A program made the translations under genes and the position numbers. Under the pieces are notes generated by a model. It did no database searches, had not been told where the DNA came from, and saw nothing but the letters and a program-made list of their open reading frames with translations. This document shows, piece after piece, positions 30,395-41,325 of a stretch of 64,000 bases of DNA. Numbering within the stretch: the first letter of the stretch is position 1; each line of letters starts with the position of its first letter. The stretch is from positions 13,824 to 77,823 of the forward strand of contig JBDRMK010000017.1 in assembly GCA_043812155.1 (NCBI GenBank). The letters are read 5' to 3'. Source of the DNA: Patescibacteria group bacterium. Its GTDB lineage: Bacteria; Patescibacteriota; Patescibacteriia; JAXHNJ01.

Positions 30395-31468
30395 TCAACG
30401 TCTAAGCATCAGCTTTAAATTCTGCTTATCCACGGCATTGGCCAAGGCGTCATCAATCAGTATCTCGCCGGTCCTGACCAGTTCCACTAAAGAGCGGTCA
30501 AGGGAAATCATGCCCTCTTCCCGGGAGGTCTGCAAAATATTATTGATCTGATAGATCGCCCCTTCGCGGATGACCGAGCGGACTGGATCATTCGGGATCA
30601 TCACTTCCGCCACCGCGATCCGGCCCCCGCCCACCCGGGGCAGAAGACGCTGCGAGATCACTCCTTCAACCACACTGGCCAGCTGGGCCCGTATTTGCTC
30701 CTGCCTGTCTTCCGGAAAAAAAGAAATGATTTTTTCAAGGGTGCGCAAAACCGAATCCGTGTTCATGCTCGTAATGACCAGGCGGGAGGATTCGGCCGCG
30801 TTCAAAACGCTTTCCGCCACTTCCGGCGAATCCATTTCCGAAACATAGATCACGTCCACGTCCTCGTGCGAAGCGGTCCGCAAAGCCTGAGTAAAAGAGC
30901 GGGTGTCTCTTCCCACTTCCCGTTGCTCAATGATACTTTTATTGTTGGTAAAGACAAATTCAATGGGCTTCTCAATAGTAACGATATGCTCGGACCTGAC
31001 CTTATTAATGGTATTAATAAGGGCGGCCAGCGTGCCGGTCCGGCCGGAGCCAAAAGGACCGGTGATAACGACCAGGCCTTTTTCCAATTCCGCGAATTTT
31101 TCCACGACGCCGGGCAGGCCCAACTCTTTTATGGATTTAATTTGGGAAGAAATAAGCCTTAACGAAACGGACAGATTCCCTTTTTGGAAAAAAATGCTTA
31201 TTTTGAACCGGGCCTTATTGCCCATGGTATAAGCGAAAACGATCTCCTTTTCCTCGGCCAGGACTTTTTGCTGTTCTTTATCCAGGATAGAGGCGACAAA
31301 ATCATTTAAAAAATCCGTATTTAAAATCGGCTCTTTGGTGAGAGGGATCAGCTTGCCGTCCACCCGCAATATTGGCGGATTGCCCACGGAAAAATGAAAA
31401 TCCGAGGCTTTATACTCCGCCCCCGTAGCCAGTATTTTATCCAGGAAAATTTTTTCAGACGCCTGCAT
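30395..31468 (-). CDS. pilT: PilT/PilU-family ATPase with degenerate motifs
   Basis: ASDFHFSVGNPP, IIEQREVG and VISQRL motifs; Walker A reads GPFGSGRT. Confidence 0.85.
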   Translation of the reverse strand: MQASEKIFLDKILATGAEYKASDFHFSVGNPPILRVDGKLIPLTKEPILNTDFLNDFVASILDKEQQKVLAEEKEIVFAYTMGNKARFKISIFFQKGNLSVSLRLISSQIKSIKELGLPGVVEKFAELEKGLVVITGPFGSGRTGTLAALINTINKVRSEHIVTIEKPIEFVFTNNKSIIEQREVGRDTRSFTQALRTASHEDVDVIYVSEMDSPEVAESVLNAAESSRLVITSMNTDSVLRTLEKIISFFPEDRQEQIRAQLASVVEGVISQRLLPRVGGGRIAVAEVMIPNDPVRSVIREGAIYQINNILQTSREEGMISLDRSLVELVRTGEILIDDALANAVDKQNLKLMLRR

Positions 31469-31865
31469 GCTTTTTCTTTATTATATTTTTTACTTTATCG
31501 ATCACTTCCGAAGGCATAAAATGAGCCTTGATCAGATAATCTTTCGCCCCCAGAGCAAAGCCTTTTTCCACGTCTTTTTTCTGGCCTAAATTAGTCAGTA
31601 AAATCACCGGGATGTCTTTTGTTTTTTTGTCTTTCTTCATCTCTTTCAGCAGGTCAAAACCGCTCATTTTCGGCAAGATTATATCAAGCAGGATCAGATC
31701 AGGCGGCTGGTCCTGGATCATTTTTAAGCCTTGTTTGCCGTCCGAAGCCAGCAAGACCTCAAAATCCTCCATTTCCAGTTTTTTTACGTACATCCCGGAA
31801 AGAAAAGTGTCGTCCTCCACGAGCATAACCCTGGCTTTCCGGTCTTTTGGTTTATTCTCAGTCAT
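31455..31865 (-). CDS. Single-domain response regulator receiver
   Basis: MLVEDD, LLDIILPKMSG and LLTNL motifs. Confidence 0.9.
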   Translation of the reverse strand: MTENKPKDRKARVMLVEDDTFLSGMYVKKLEMEDFEVLLASDGKQGLKMIQDQPPDLILLDIILPKMSGFDLLKEMKKDKKTKDIPVILLTNLGQKKDVEKGFALGAKDYLIKAHFMPSEVIDKVKNIIKKKHAGV

Positions 31866-31900
31866 ATATTTAAATTAAGTGCTCTGCATTATTATTGTGT

Positions 31901-33670
31901 TTAAGCGCGGGTGGCGTCCCAAACCTCCTCGATCGTGGTCATGCCGCGCATCGCTTTCACTATCCCGTCCTGCCGCATATAAAAGTTGCCTTGTTTGACG
32001 AACTCGGCTCTCATTTTTTCCATCACATCGCCGCCGCTCAAGATTATTTTTTTCATGCTTTCATTGATCTCCAAAACTTCAACAATGGCGATCCTTCCTT
32101 TGTACCCTGTGTTCTCGCAGCGGACGCAGCCCTTGCCCATGAACATCTTTAAAGGCTTGGTCATTTTTATGTCATCCGGCAGATTTTCTTTAGGGATGTT
32201 CTCAATCTCCTTCCAGACATCGGCCTCTAGTACAGGGGGCAGGGTGTATTCTTTTTTGCAGTTCGGGCAGATGCGCCGCACCAAGCGCTGGGCCATGATC
32301 AGGTTTAGGGAAGAGGTAAGCAAAAAAGGCTCGATCTTCATATCCGTCAAGCGCGGCACCGCGCCTAAAGAATCATTGGTATGCAAAGTGGAAAGAACGA
32401 TATGGCCGGTCAAGGCGGCGTGCACCCCGAGCTCGGCGGTCTCGCCGTCTCTGATCTCGCCGACCATGATAATATCCGGATCCTGGCGCAATATGGAGCG
32501 CAAACCGGCGGCAAAGGTCAGACCGACCTCGGGGTTAACCTGGCTTTGATTGACGCCGCTGATATAATATTCCACCGGATCTTCCAAAGTGATAATATTG
32601 ACTGACTCTTTATTAAGAATATTTAATAAAGCGTAAAGAGTGGTGGATTTGCCGGAACCGGTCGGACCGGTAATGAGAAACATGCCGTGCGATTTTTTGA
32701 TGTTCTCTTCCATCACTTTCAAGGCCTGGCCCCAGAATCCCAGCTCGTCAAGACTCGTCATCGCCGTGCTGGTATCCAAAATACGCATCACAACTTTTTC
32801 GTTGTTGATCAAAGGCAGGGTGGAAACGCGGTAATCAATATCACGATTCTCATAGGTCATTTTAAAACGGCCGTCCTGCGGCACGCGGGTTTCATCGATT
32901 TTTAAATTGGAAAGGACCTTAATTCTGGCCACGATAGAAGGATGAACATGCTTGGGCAAGACCAGAGAAGTATGGAGGATGCCGTCAATGCGGTAGCGCA
33001 CCCGCGTTTCATTGCTGACCGGCTCAATATGGACGTCCGAGGCCTTGCCTTCCACGGCGTGTCGCAGAATGACAGAAACCATCTTGGAAACCGGCGCCGC
33101 CCTCACCACTTCCTCCAGGCCTTCTTCCGCCAAAGAAACTTCCTTGAATTCAGCCGCCTCGGCTTCGGTCCCTTTCAGGGCTTCTTCCACTTCGGCGGAC
33201 AAATTCTCGTACTGCCTCAGTATATACTTTAGAGCCGAGGCGGAAGTGATAAAATATTTGATCTTAAAATGATTTTTGCGGGCGATATATTCAATCGCTT
33301 CCAAAGCCCGGAAATTCGAGGGCTCGACCATGGCCACGCTCACTTCGTCACCCGCTTTGTTAAAAGCCGCCATCCGATAATTTTTAGCCAGCTCGGCCGG
33401 AACGATATTTAAAATCTCGGCCCGGACGATGCGGCCGAAAAGATCGATATAAGGCAGATTATAAACTTTTGATTTAAGACGGGAAAAATCCTCTTCCCGG
33501 ATTATCTTGTTTTCTTCGATAATTTTTTCCGTGGTCTTGTGCTTTTTGGCCGCTTCTTCTTTTATTTCCTCGTACTGGGTGCGGCTGATCATTTTTTCCT
33601 GCAAAATAAGCTCCAGGAGTTCGTCTTCGCCGGCTCCGGCCTCAAAAGTTTGGTTGTCGTTTCTCGGCAT
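31901..33670 (-). CDS. pilB: Type IV pilus assembly ATPase PilB/GspE
   Basis: GPTGSGKST, LRQDPDIIMVGEIRD, STLHTN, CPNC...CVRC motifs. Confidence 0.95.
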   Translation of the reverse strand: MPRNDNQTFEAGAGEDELLELILQEKMISRTQYEEIKEEAAKKHKTTEKIIEENKIIREEDFSRLKSKVYNLPYIDLFGRIVRAEILNIVPAELAKNYRMAAFNKAGDEVSVAMVEPSNFRALEAIEYIARKNHFKIKYFITSASALKYILRQYENLSAEVEEALKGTEAEAAEFKEVSLAEEGLEEVVRAAPVSKMVSVILRHAVEGKASDVHIEPVSNETRVRYRIDGILHTSLVLPKHVHPSIVARIKVLSNLKIDETRVPQDGRFKMTYENRDIDYRVSTLPLINNEKVVMRILDTSTAMTSLDELGFWGQALKVMEENIKKSHGMFLITGPTGSGKSTTLYALLNILNKESVNIITLEDPVEYYISGVNQSQVNPEVGLTFAAGLRSILRQDPDIIMVGEIRDGETAELGVHAALTGHIVLSTLHTNDSLGAVPRLTDMKIEPFLLTSSLNLIMAQRLVRRICPNCKKEYTLPPVLEADVWKEIENIPKENLPDDIKMTKPLKMFMGKGCVRCENTGYKGRIAIVEVLEINESMKKIILSGGDVMEKMRAEFVKQGNFYMRQDGIVKAMRGMTTIEEVWDATRA

Positions 33671-33687
33671 ACGATAATAATTTTATA

Positions 33688-33978
33688 TCAACGGGTAAAA
33701 GGGTTATCCTTACCTTTGTTAATATTTTGAAAATTTAAAGGCAGTTTTTCTTCGCCATAGCCTTCCAAGCCTTGGTAGTCTTTCTGGGAAAACAAATTTT
33801 CGTCAAAACTGCTGATTACGGGTAATCTTTTTATATAACCTGTGTCCGACGGGGTGGCTGTGTTTCCGGCCGGCTTTAATACACTATAGACCAAATAACC
33901 GCCAAAAATAACAAAGACGCCGATAATAACGGTAAAAGTAATGATTTTTTTTATATCTCTTTTTCTTACTAAGGCCAT
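33688..33978 (-). CDS. Small membrane protein of the pilus operon (PilP-like position)
   Basis: One TM helix, C-terminal GKDNPF. Confidence 0.6.
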   Translation of the reverse strand: MALVRKRDIKKIITFTVIIGVFVIFGGYLVYSVLKPAGNTATPSDTGYIKRLPVISSFDENLFSQKDYQGLEGYGEEKLPLNFQNINKGKDNPFTR

Positions 33979-33984
33979 ATGGAA

Positions 33985-34671
33985 TTAAGGCGTCTGATTA
34001 TTAAAATAATAGGTGATTAAATTTATATTATATTCACTTATTTCTCCGGCGGAATCACTTTTCGAGGGCGAAAAAGACAATGATTTAATATCCATAATTC
34101 TCAGCTCTTTTTCTAAATTGACTAATAATTTTTTCATATCATCATATTTTGAGCTGCCGGAAAACACTAAAGAAATATTAAGCGCGTAAATATTTTGCGT
34201 AACCGGCAAATTTTCCTTGGCTTTAACATCAGTTCCGGCTGCCCCCCCTAGATTGGCGGAAACGGCGGCCTGATTCAACGCCGCCAAACTTTCGCCTTCT
34301 GCTATATCAATGGAATTAAGGTTAAAATCCGCGCTGGCCGCGACTTCTTCCATAATAATAAACAGATCCTCAACTCCCTTTTCTGAAGGAAGGCTTTGTT
34401 CTAATTTATCAATATCGCTTGAGTTTATGGCTTGAAATTTATCTAAGGAATTTTTCAAGCGGACAAGATAATTTTCCGCATCCTCCTTGTTCTTCACCTC
34501 TTTATTATAGTCAAAAATACCCGTTTCTCTGACTTCAACCCACTTCGGCTGAATAAGGAGTAAATAACCGATAACGAGAACGACGACGGCGAAAAAAATC
34601 GCGATATAGATGAAGAAACGGCCTAATATTTCCGTTAATTTCCCGCCGAATTTTTCTATATTAATGGCCAT
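33985..34671 (-). CDS. PilO-like protein
   Basis: TM, coiled coil, SLPSE and LEKELRIMDI motifs; operon position. Confidence 0.75.
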   Translation of the reverse strand: MAINIEKFGGKLTEILGRFFIYIAIFFAVVVLVIGYLLLIQPKWVEVRETGIFDYNKEVKNKEDAENYLVRLKNSLDKFQAINSSDIDKLEQSLPSEKGVEDLFIIMEEVAASADFNLNSIDIAEGESLAALNQAAVSANLGGAAGTDVKAKENLPVTQNIYALNISLVFSGSSKYDDMKKLLVNLEKELRIMDIKSLSFSPSKSDSAGEISEYNINLITYYFNNQTP

Positions 34672-34701
34672 GATATTAAAAACTAAGTTAGGAATTTTTT
34701 A

Positions 34702-36444
34702 TTAATTTTGATAATTTTCAAGACTTAAAGCCGCTAGGTCTTTTAGAATTGTCTCCGCCACATCCGTCTTCTGCCCCGAATATTCAATCGCATATAATGT
34801 ATTGGATTTTTGAAAAATCAGTAAATAAGACCCGGTTAGTATAAAACCAGTGGATTCAACATATTTAGCTCTATCACCAATATCATTAATATCTTTTTTA
34901 TCGTCATAATTCCAGCCCAATACAGACAAATATGCGCCACCAAAAAAATCATGGTTGCTCACATTATCATAAGCCAGTGTCGCCTGTTCATTTGAAGCAA
35001 AAGAAAATATGTGTTGTTCTATAGTCACAACGGTATTTTCATCTTTAAATTCAATTCGATAACCATCATTCGCTTTTGCGCCTTCCGTAAACGTAAGCCA
35101 ATAATCATCAAATTTTTCTGAATCTGTTAATTGAAGATTTGAATTAATAGTTTTTACTTGTGTTTCGGTTAAAGCTAATGGTGATATAAGACTGCTAACC
35201 GAAATGCTGGCATTTGTATTAATATTTTCGTTAACGCTTGTATTAATATTCACGGAATTATTAGTATTACTATTAACATTACTGTTTGCCTCAATACTGG
35301 TATTAGTATTCGTGGTTGAGCCGCTCTCAATTTCTTCCTCTGTTTTATAAAAAATATCCGGGACCAGATTTAAGCTCACGCCAAAGTCCACTTGGCTGCT
35401 TAAGAGCGCTCCTTCAGGCAAAGCAATGGAAAGCGAAGCTGTTTCTCTTTGCGCCGAAGTAATGGATACGCTCTGGATAAAATCAGGCGCGTTTTTAAAA
35501 ACCACTAATTGTTGAGAGACTGTTTCAAAATCCGGGGCCGTCGCCTTTAAACTAATGGTCCCGGTGGTGGAAGCGTTAAAAGCGCCGGTATAGTAAACGT
35601 CAGGCAGGGTGTACTTTTCGAGCTTCTCAAAAAATTTAGTCCAATAAATATGCGTGCCGAGCAAAGACTTGATATTATCTATCCTCTGCTTCAATTCAAT
35701 GGTCTTTTTTTGCTCCTCTTCCCGCTTTTTTATCTGATCTTCAACGGCCAGTCTTTCCTTTTTCGCGTTATCAGTTTTTTCCACCAGATTTTTTTGGTAA
35801 AAAAACAAAGCAAAATAAGAAAGAGCGACCAGCAGGGCGGCGCCTAAAACGATCAATGAAAGATTGATTATTTTTTTTCTTGGCTCTTCGCGGCTAACCA
35901 ACTCTTCGGGCAGTAAATTTACCAGAAAAGACTGGTCTTCTCTTTTGTCCGCTTTTTCTTTTTTCTCCTTCTTGGGATTTATGGCCGGCGGCGGTTCGGG
36001 AGGCGACAGAGGAGCTGGAGAAGGTGAAGACGGTTTTTCTATTAAATCCTTCTTAAAAATATCTTCCGTGTTTTCCTCTTTGGAAAACGGCGCGGCCGGC
36101 GGAGGAGGAGAAAACGGCTCATCTTCTTTTTCTTGAGGATCTTTTTCAAAAATGTCCTCAACATTCTCTTCTTTATGATAAGGAGTGACCGAAGAGGAAA
36201 ACGGAGTGGGGGTCGCCTTTTTTACGATTTTTTCCTCGACAATGCCCGGTTCTGACTCTATTTTCGGTTTTCGCGAAAAAAAAGATCTAAAAAACATAGA
36301 CAGGGAAGAAGGCGCCTTCGCTTCTCCGGGCGATTTTTCTTCCTTTGGCGGATGGGTTAAAGAAAAAGAAGTATTTTCATCTTTTTCTTTTTTCCTTTTC
36401 GGCTCCGGTCGCAGGGTATTTTTTATTAAATTAATATCAGGCAT
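34702..36444 (-). CDS. PilN-like protein with N- and C-terminal extensions
   Basis: INL / VNLLP motifs, TM, coiled coil, HIYWTKFF...YTLPDV; Asn-rich linker then an extra domain. Confidence 0.7.
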   Translation of the reverse strand: MPDINLIKNTLRPEPKRKKEKDENTSFSLTHPPKEEKSPGEAKAPSSLSMFFRSFFSRKPKIESEPGIVEEKIVKKATPTPFSSSVTPYHKEENVEDIFEKDPQEKEDEPFSPPPPAAPFSKEENTEDIFKKDLIEKPSSPSPAPLSPPEPPPAINPKKEKKEKADKREDQSFLVNLLPEELVSREEPRKKIINLSLIVLGAALLVALSYFALFFYQKNLVEKTDNAKKERLAVEDQIKKREEEQKKTIELKQRIDNIKSLLGTHIYWTKFFEKLEKYTLPDVYYTGAFNASTTGTISLKATAPDFETVSQQLVVFKNAPDFIQSVSITSAQRETASLSIALPEGALLSSQVDFGVSLNLVPDIFYKTEEEIESGSTTNTNTSIEANSNVNSNTNNSVNINTSVNENINTNASISVSSLISPLALTETQVKTINSNLQLTDSEKFDDYWLTFTEGAKANDGYRIEFKDENTVVTIEQHIFSFASNEQATLAYDNVSNHDFFGGAYLSVLGWNYDDKKDINDIGDRAKYVESTGFILTGSYLLIFQKSNTLYAIEYSGQKTDVAETILKDLAALSLENYQN

Positions 36445-36453
36445 AATATATTC

Positions 36454-37539
36454 TTAAACAACTTCTCTTAAAGCCAGGCCCGAGGCGACTGCGAAACGGG
36501 GGCCGATTTCCTCCAGGACCGGTTTTAATTCTTCGGGGTAAGCCACTCTCGCCCAGGGATCGCCGATAATTGTTTTAATCTGGAAAAAATTGGATATATA
36601 ATCGGTCAGCCCCGGCAAAAAAGACGAGCCGCCGGCCAGAACTATTTTCTCCACCGGCACATCCTCTACATTATGATAAAGATTGAAGCAATGCTTGACT
36701 TCATTGGTAATAGAGGAAATGACAAATTCAATGGTTTTAGGAATCTGGCTTTGAGGATTAGAACCGGCGGAAAGGCCAAAATCCCTTTTAAACTGTTCCG
36801 CTCGCGCTAAATCAATATTCAAAGCGTTGGCGATGGCCTTGGTTATCGTTTCCCCGCCCACGTCAATCCCGCGGTTTAAAATCGGCACCCCTTCATAAAT
36901 GATGCAGATATTGGTGGCTAAAGCGCCGATATCAATGATCATAACCGGGGAAGGATCGGCTCCGATCAACGAGCGTTCCAGGGCGAAAGCTTCCGTCTCC
37001 AGGCTCACGATCTGCAAGTTAAGGGCCTTAAAAATTTCAATATATCTTTTAACCAGATTCTTGGGGGCGGCAGTCAATAATATTTTCAGATTTTTTGCCA
37101 TTTCCTTTGACTTCATGGCCATTGTCGGTGTCGTGTCCCGTCTAGGGCCGGCTAATTCTTTCAATAACCGCCAGTCTAATACCATTTCATCCAAAGGCAT
37201 GGGCACGAATTTCTTCGCCTCCCAGCGGATAGCGGCATTCAGATCCTTGTTGGACATCGCCGGCAGGGAAATTATTGAGGAAAAAACCGTAAAAGAAGGC
37301 AGGGCGGCCACGACTTTCGTGGCGGTGGCCCGGCTTTTTTTGATCAATTCCTTTAAAAGCTTGACGGTGCGGGCCTGGGCGGCTTGCGAGTCCGCTTTGA
37401 TAATATCAGTCGGTTCTTCAATAAAACCATACGTAATAAGCCTTGGTTCGCCGCTCCCGCCGGATAATTCCACTAATTTAAGGGAGGAAGTGCCTAAATC
37501 CAGACCAAGATAGCTTTTTTTACCCCCAAAAAGGGCCAT
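36454..37539 (-). CDS. pilM: Type IV pilus assembly protein PilM
   Basis: LGLDLGTSSLK, IIDIGA, LAGGSS and GLALR actin-like motifs. Confidence 0.93.
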   Translation of the reverse strand: MALFGGKKSYLGLDLGTSSLKLVELSGGSGEPRLITYGFIEEPTDIIKADSQAAQARTVKLLKELIKKSRATATKVVAALPSFTVFSSIISLPAMSNKDLNAAIRWEAKKFVPMPLDEMVLDWRLLKELAGPRRDTTPTMAMKSKEMAKNLKILLTAAPKNLVKRYIEIFKALNLQIVSLETEAFALERSLIGADPSPVMIIDIGALATNICIIYEGVPILNRGIDVGGETITKAIANALNIDLARAEQFKRDFGLSAGSNPQSQIPKTIEFVISSITNEVKHCFNLYHNVEDVPVEKIVLAGGSSFLPGLTDYISNFFQIKTIIGDPWARVAYPEELKPVLEEIGPRFAVASGLALREVV

Positions 37540-37620
37540 ATCATGACTTAATTAATTTTTATATTCAATACTGACTTAACTCTTATATTATAACAGATTT
37601 TTTTGAATTTTACAAGGGCT

Positions 37621-40600
37621 TTACGGAGAAACCTCGCTAATTTTCGGCAAAGCCTGGCTTAGATCCCGGAATCCCGGCGGCGGATTGAGCTGAACCCGGC
37701 CGTCATATATAAATAGTTCAGAGGGTTCAGGCGAAGAAATGGTACCTTTATAACGCCGGCCAAAACCAAATTCTTTGGCGATCATTAAGCCATATGCGGT
37801 TAATTTTTTATCGGCGGAGCCCATGCTTTGGACAATGATTTTCTTTTCAGAATAGTAAGCGCCTACCAACGTATCGACTGAAGGGCCAATATAAATATTG
37901 CCTTTGACATAAAAAGCGAGCGAAGCCAGTTTTTTCAGATTATCCACGTTTGTTGCCTTATAATTTATATTGCTTTCTATTATTAAATCGCCGTCAACAA
38001 CGAACAACCCAGAACCGTCAACAAGACCATTTTTAAAGATAAGGCCGGAAGTCAAAGTTAAATCACCCGGATGAAAACCCGCATAATCATTTTTATCGCG
38101 AATGCATATTACTCTTCCGTTTAAATCAATGTCATTGCCGCCGAAATATCCCGGCCCGGTTGATAAACTCCCCGAATAAGTTTGCGAGCATTTCGAAATC
38201 ATATCATTATAATCAACCCGGCCGAGAATACTGTTTGGCGCGGTATTTACCGGCAAAGTGAATTTCCGGTAATTTTGCACCAGCCAGGGGTTGGCGCTTG
38301 ATTGGGGTAATAAAAAAGAAGGATTCAAACGAGTGCTTGCCGATCCTTGAGAGGAAGAGCAAAAATTGACGATCCGGCCGGTGTCGCCGGCTAAAATAAG
38401 ATAGGTGGCGTTGCAGGCGTTGCCTTCTTCTTTGTAGCCGGGCGCTTTTGCCATTTCCTGCGACCCGACGCCTTTTTGGCCATATATATCTCCGTACAAA
38501 GTTTGCAGCCAAGCGGCGCCCGCCAGGCTGACCCGAGACATATCAACCCAGCCGAAATCCTCCGACCAGGCGTAGCCGTAAAAATTTCCGGCGTTTATAT
38601 CCGCGGATACGCCGTAGGCGTCGCAGCTTTCGCATTTATTGCAGGAAATATAATTTATTATCTCGCAAGTACCGGCTCCGCAATCATTGCTGTTATAGCA
38701 AGGATTACTGGGAATATTTGAGCAATTTCCGCGTTTACAGATGCCCCCGTTGCAATCGCTATTCCCAAGGCAAGGCCGGTAACGGAAAAGTTCGGGAGAG
38801 CTTGAAGAGCAGTAGCCGCTTGGAATGCAATCTCCCTGACCAATGTCTTGACAATGATCTTTGAGCGGATCTTCATTCACCACGCAGACTTCCTCCGGCT
38901 TGCCTTCGCAACGTCCGTCACCGCACTGGTTGTTAGAGCCATCGCATACATTGCAGGCATAATTTTCGCCTGGCTTAGTCACATCAATATTCAAGCCATC
39001 GCAAATTTTGCAAGTCATAAAAGCGTTGACCGTGTCAGGATTAGATAAAGTGCAGGCGTTGCAATTATGATAAATGTATTGGTCAGTCGGATTATTAATC
39101 TCCGGCGGAGCGGGCGGATTAGCAGGGCTGAAGTTCTGGCCGCCCCTTAATTTCAGCCAGCCGGCGGCCGGGGCATCAGCAAAATCCTTGTTCTTATATT
39201 CACAATTTTCAGAGATGCAGAATCCAGTACCGCAATCAGCGCCAGATAAACAAGCCTTGCCCGCATATTCGCCCAAAATACAAAATTTGCATTCATCATT
39301 TTTATAACAAGCGGTATCTTGGTGCGAACTGCACTGGCCCAGTTTAAACCGGCCCCAGCCAGTCAAGGCGTAACTTTGATAATCAAAAAAGGCCATGGCG
39401 TTATCTTCGTAGTCGCCTGCGGAAATAGTTTTTCCGCAAGGCGTATTAAAACTATTAAAACCGGAATCCGGGCAAACATTGCTAATTTTAAATTGATAAG
39501 GGCAGGCGGGCGGCTCACCGGTTTCATCCCGGTTAAACGAAAGCCAGCCCGCGGAAAAACAGCTTTTTGGATTATTGGCGCATAAAGCGCAGTCATCATC
39601 ATCATCACAGGTCAATGAATTATTATTGGAGCATACGACGGAAAAACACGTGGCGTCACTGCGTTCATTCGGATCAGTTACTCCAAGCCAGGCCTGGCCG
39701 GAAAGAGCGCCGACATCCTTATCCTGAAAACTGGGAGCCGGATCCCGGGCAACGCATGAATTTTGAGTATCCGCGGTTTCAGTTTCCTTCTTTAAATCAA
39801 CGCCATAAGAAAAAGTATTGCTCTCGCAAGAACCATTATTAAGGCAATTAAAGCTTATCCAGCCCATCGGCGCCTGGCGGGGGGTGCCATCGGCGCAAGT
39901 TTTTGTCAACAGGTTCGTCTGGCAGCTACCGCCGATATCAACGCAAAAATTATCGCAGTTATCGCCGCCCACATAAGCGTAACCGGCCGCATTGCCCGGC
40001 GAAAGTTTTAAGGCGACATTATCGCTGAGCTGGCCGGCGGTCGCCGATTGAAAATATCCGGCTGACCAGGTATGGGTCAGATCAAGGGAACTCATCCCAT
40101 ATAGGCGGCCGTTCTCCAGTTTGGGAACCGACTGGCGCGACCAATGCGAAGGATTATTATTCGCGTTCGCCGAAAAAATGGTCATGCCTTTGTCGCCGGA
40201 AAACCAGATATAAGGGGTGCCATTATCCAAACCGCCGGAAACAGCGTACATTTTTGTTTCCGGCTCGCTTGCCGGACGATAGGTGTCCCTTTGATTCCAG
40301 CTGCTGCCGTCATAATATAAATATTTTCGGCTGGAGATAGGGATATAGCCTTTGCCATCGCTGGTAAAAAAAACATCATAAAAATCCATGATGCAGTCGT
40401 TTTTCCAGGTTTTATTGGCCGTAACGGTTTCACAGGCCCACTCGCTGTTACCGGCGCAGAAACCGGAAGGCTGGCAAGGGCCATAATCTATGGGTGAAAA
40501 ACTCGTCTTTGCCCATGATATGCCTGATTTATTATAAATAATGGAATTCCCGCCCACGGCCCAACCGGTAGAATTATCGATCATATGCAGAGCCAAAAAA

Positions 40601-41295
40601 GGAACGCTTGGCCGGCTGCTGCCCGAGGCATAAGTGACCGGATTCCAGCATAAGTTTTGATTTGAAGATTCATAAATATCCCCTTTTTTTGTGGCTGGAT
40701 CATAACTGGTCGCCCAGCCACGACTATTTGTCCCCGCATTAGTAAAGCTGACGTCAGTTAAATTATCAGTCGTAAATAAAGCGCCGCTAAATGAGTTTTG
40801 AATCTCAGTTGAGGTACACGTCGTAAGTTGCTTATAGCTCACGTACCATTGATTCCCGGGTAAAGAGGTATAAAAAATTATACCTCCGTCTCCAACCGCC
40901 CAGAGTAATTCATTACCGGAAGTAATTTTCACCACGTTTGAGATAGCGTTTAATTTTACTTCCGTAACGCTAGAAAATTTATTAGCGAATAAACCCGCCC
41001 AAGCCCCTGCCTGACTGTTATATGACATGATAATGGGCACTTCAAGGTCGTTATCATGGACTGTGCCTGAAAGAAAGCCGCCGCCGACCGCCCAGGCTAA
41101 ATAGCGGTTATTTTCCGCGTCGTAATAAGCGGTAATATCAGAAAGCCGGCCTTGAGTGAAGCCGGCCGGCGAACCCAGCCGCTCCCATTCTTTGGCCTGG
41201 CTTTTATCTTCCGCCCAAAAAAACACCGCCCCGATGATCAGGACGAAGACCGGGACGATAAAATAAGCGGGATTTTCACGGATTAACTTGGGCAT
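37621..41295 (-). CDS. Large secreted Cys-rich surface protein (propeller-like N-terminus)
   Basis: Signal/TM; WAVG repeats; GWISF/GWLSF/GYAW repeats; many Cys. Confidence 0.7.
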   Translation of the reverse strand: MPKLIRENPAYFIVPVFVLIIGAVFFWAEDKSQAKEWERLGSPAGFTQGRLSDITAYYDAENNRYLAWAVGGGFLSGTVHDNDLEVPIIMSYNSQAGAWAGLFANKFSSVTEVKLNAISNVVKITSGNELLWAVGDGGIIFYTSLPGNQWYVSYKQLTTCTSTEIQNSFSGALFTTDNLTDVSFTNAGTNSRGWATSYDPATKKGDIYESSNQNLCWNPVTYASGSSRPSVPFLALHMIDNSTGWAVGGNSIIYNKSGISWAKTSFSPIDYGPCQPSGFCAGNSEWACETVTANKTWKNDCIMDFYDVFFTSDGKGYIPISSRKYLYYDGSSWNQRDTYRPASEPETKMYAVSGGLDNGTPYIWFSGDKGMTIFSANANNNPSHWSRQSVPKLENGRLYGMSSLDLTHTWSAGYFQSATAGQLSDNVALKLSPGNAAGYAYVGGDNCDNFCVDIGGSCQTNLLTKTCADGTPRQAPMGWISFNCLNNGSCESNTFSYGVDLKKETETADTQNSCVARDPAPSFQDKDVGALSGQAWLGVTDPNERSDATCFSVVCSNNNSLTCDDDDDCALCANNPKSCFSAGWLSFNRDETGEPPACPYQFKISNVCPDSGFNSFNTPCGKTISAGDYEDNAMAFFDYQSYALTGWGRFKLGQCSSHQDTACYKNDECKFCILGEYAGKACLSGADCGTGFCISENCEYKNKDFADAPAAGWLKLRGGQNFSPANPPAPPEINNPTDQYIYHNCNACTLSNPDTVNAFMTCKICDGLNIDVTKPGENYACNVCDGSNNQCGDGRCEGKPEEVCVVNEDPLKDHCQDIGQGDCIPSGYCSSSSPELFRYRPCLGNSDCNGGICKRGNCSNIPSNPCYNSNDCGAGTCEIINYISCNKCESCDAYGVSADINAGNFYGYAWSEDFGWVDMSRVSLAGAAWLQTLYGDIYGQKGVGSQEMAKAPGYKEEGNACNATYLILAGDTGRIVNFCSSSQGSASTRLNPSFLLPQSSANPWLVQNYRKFTLPVNTAPNSILGRVDYNDMISKCSQTYSGSLSTGPGYFGGNDIDLNGRVICIRDKNDYAGFHPGDLTLTSGLIFKNGLVDGSGLFVVDGDLIIESNINYKATNVDNLKKLASLAFYVKGNIYIGPSVDTLVGAYYSEKKIIVQSMGSADKKLTAYGLMIAKEFGFGRRYKGTISSPEPSELFIYDGRVQLNPPPGFRDLSQALPKISEVSP

Positions 41296-41325
41296 GGAAA
41301 AATTCTTGTCAAAAAATAGTTGGAT

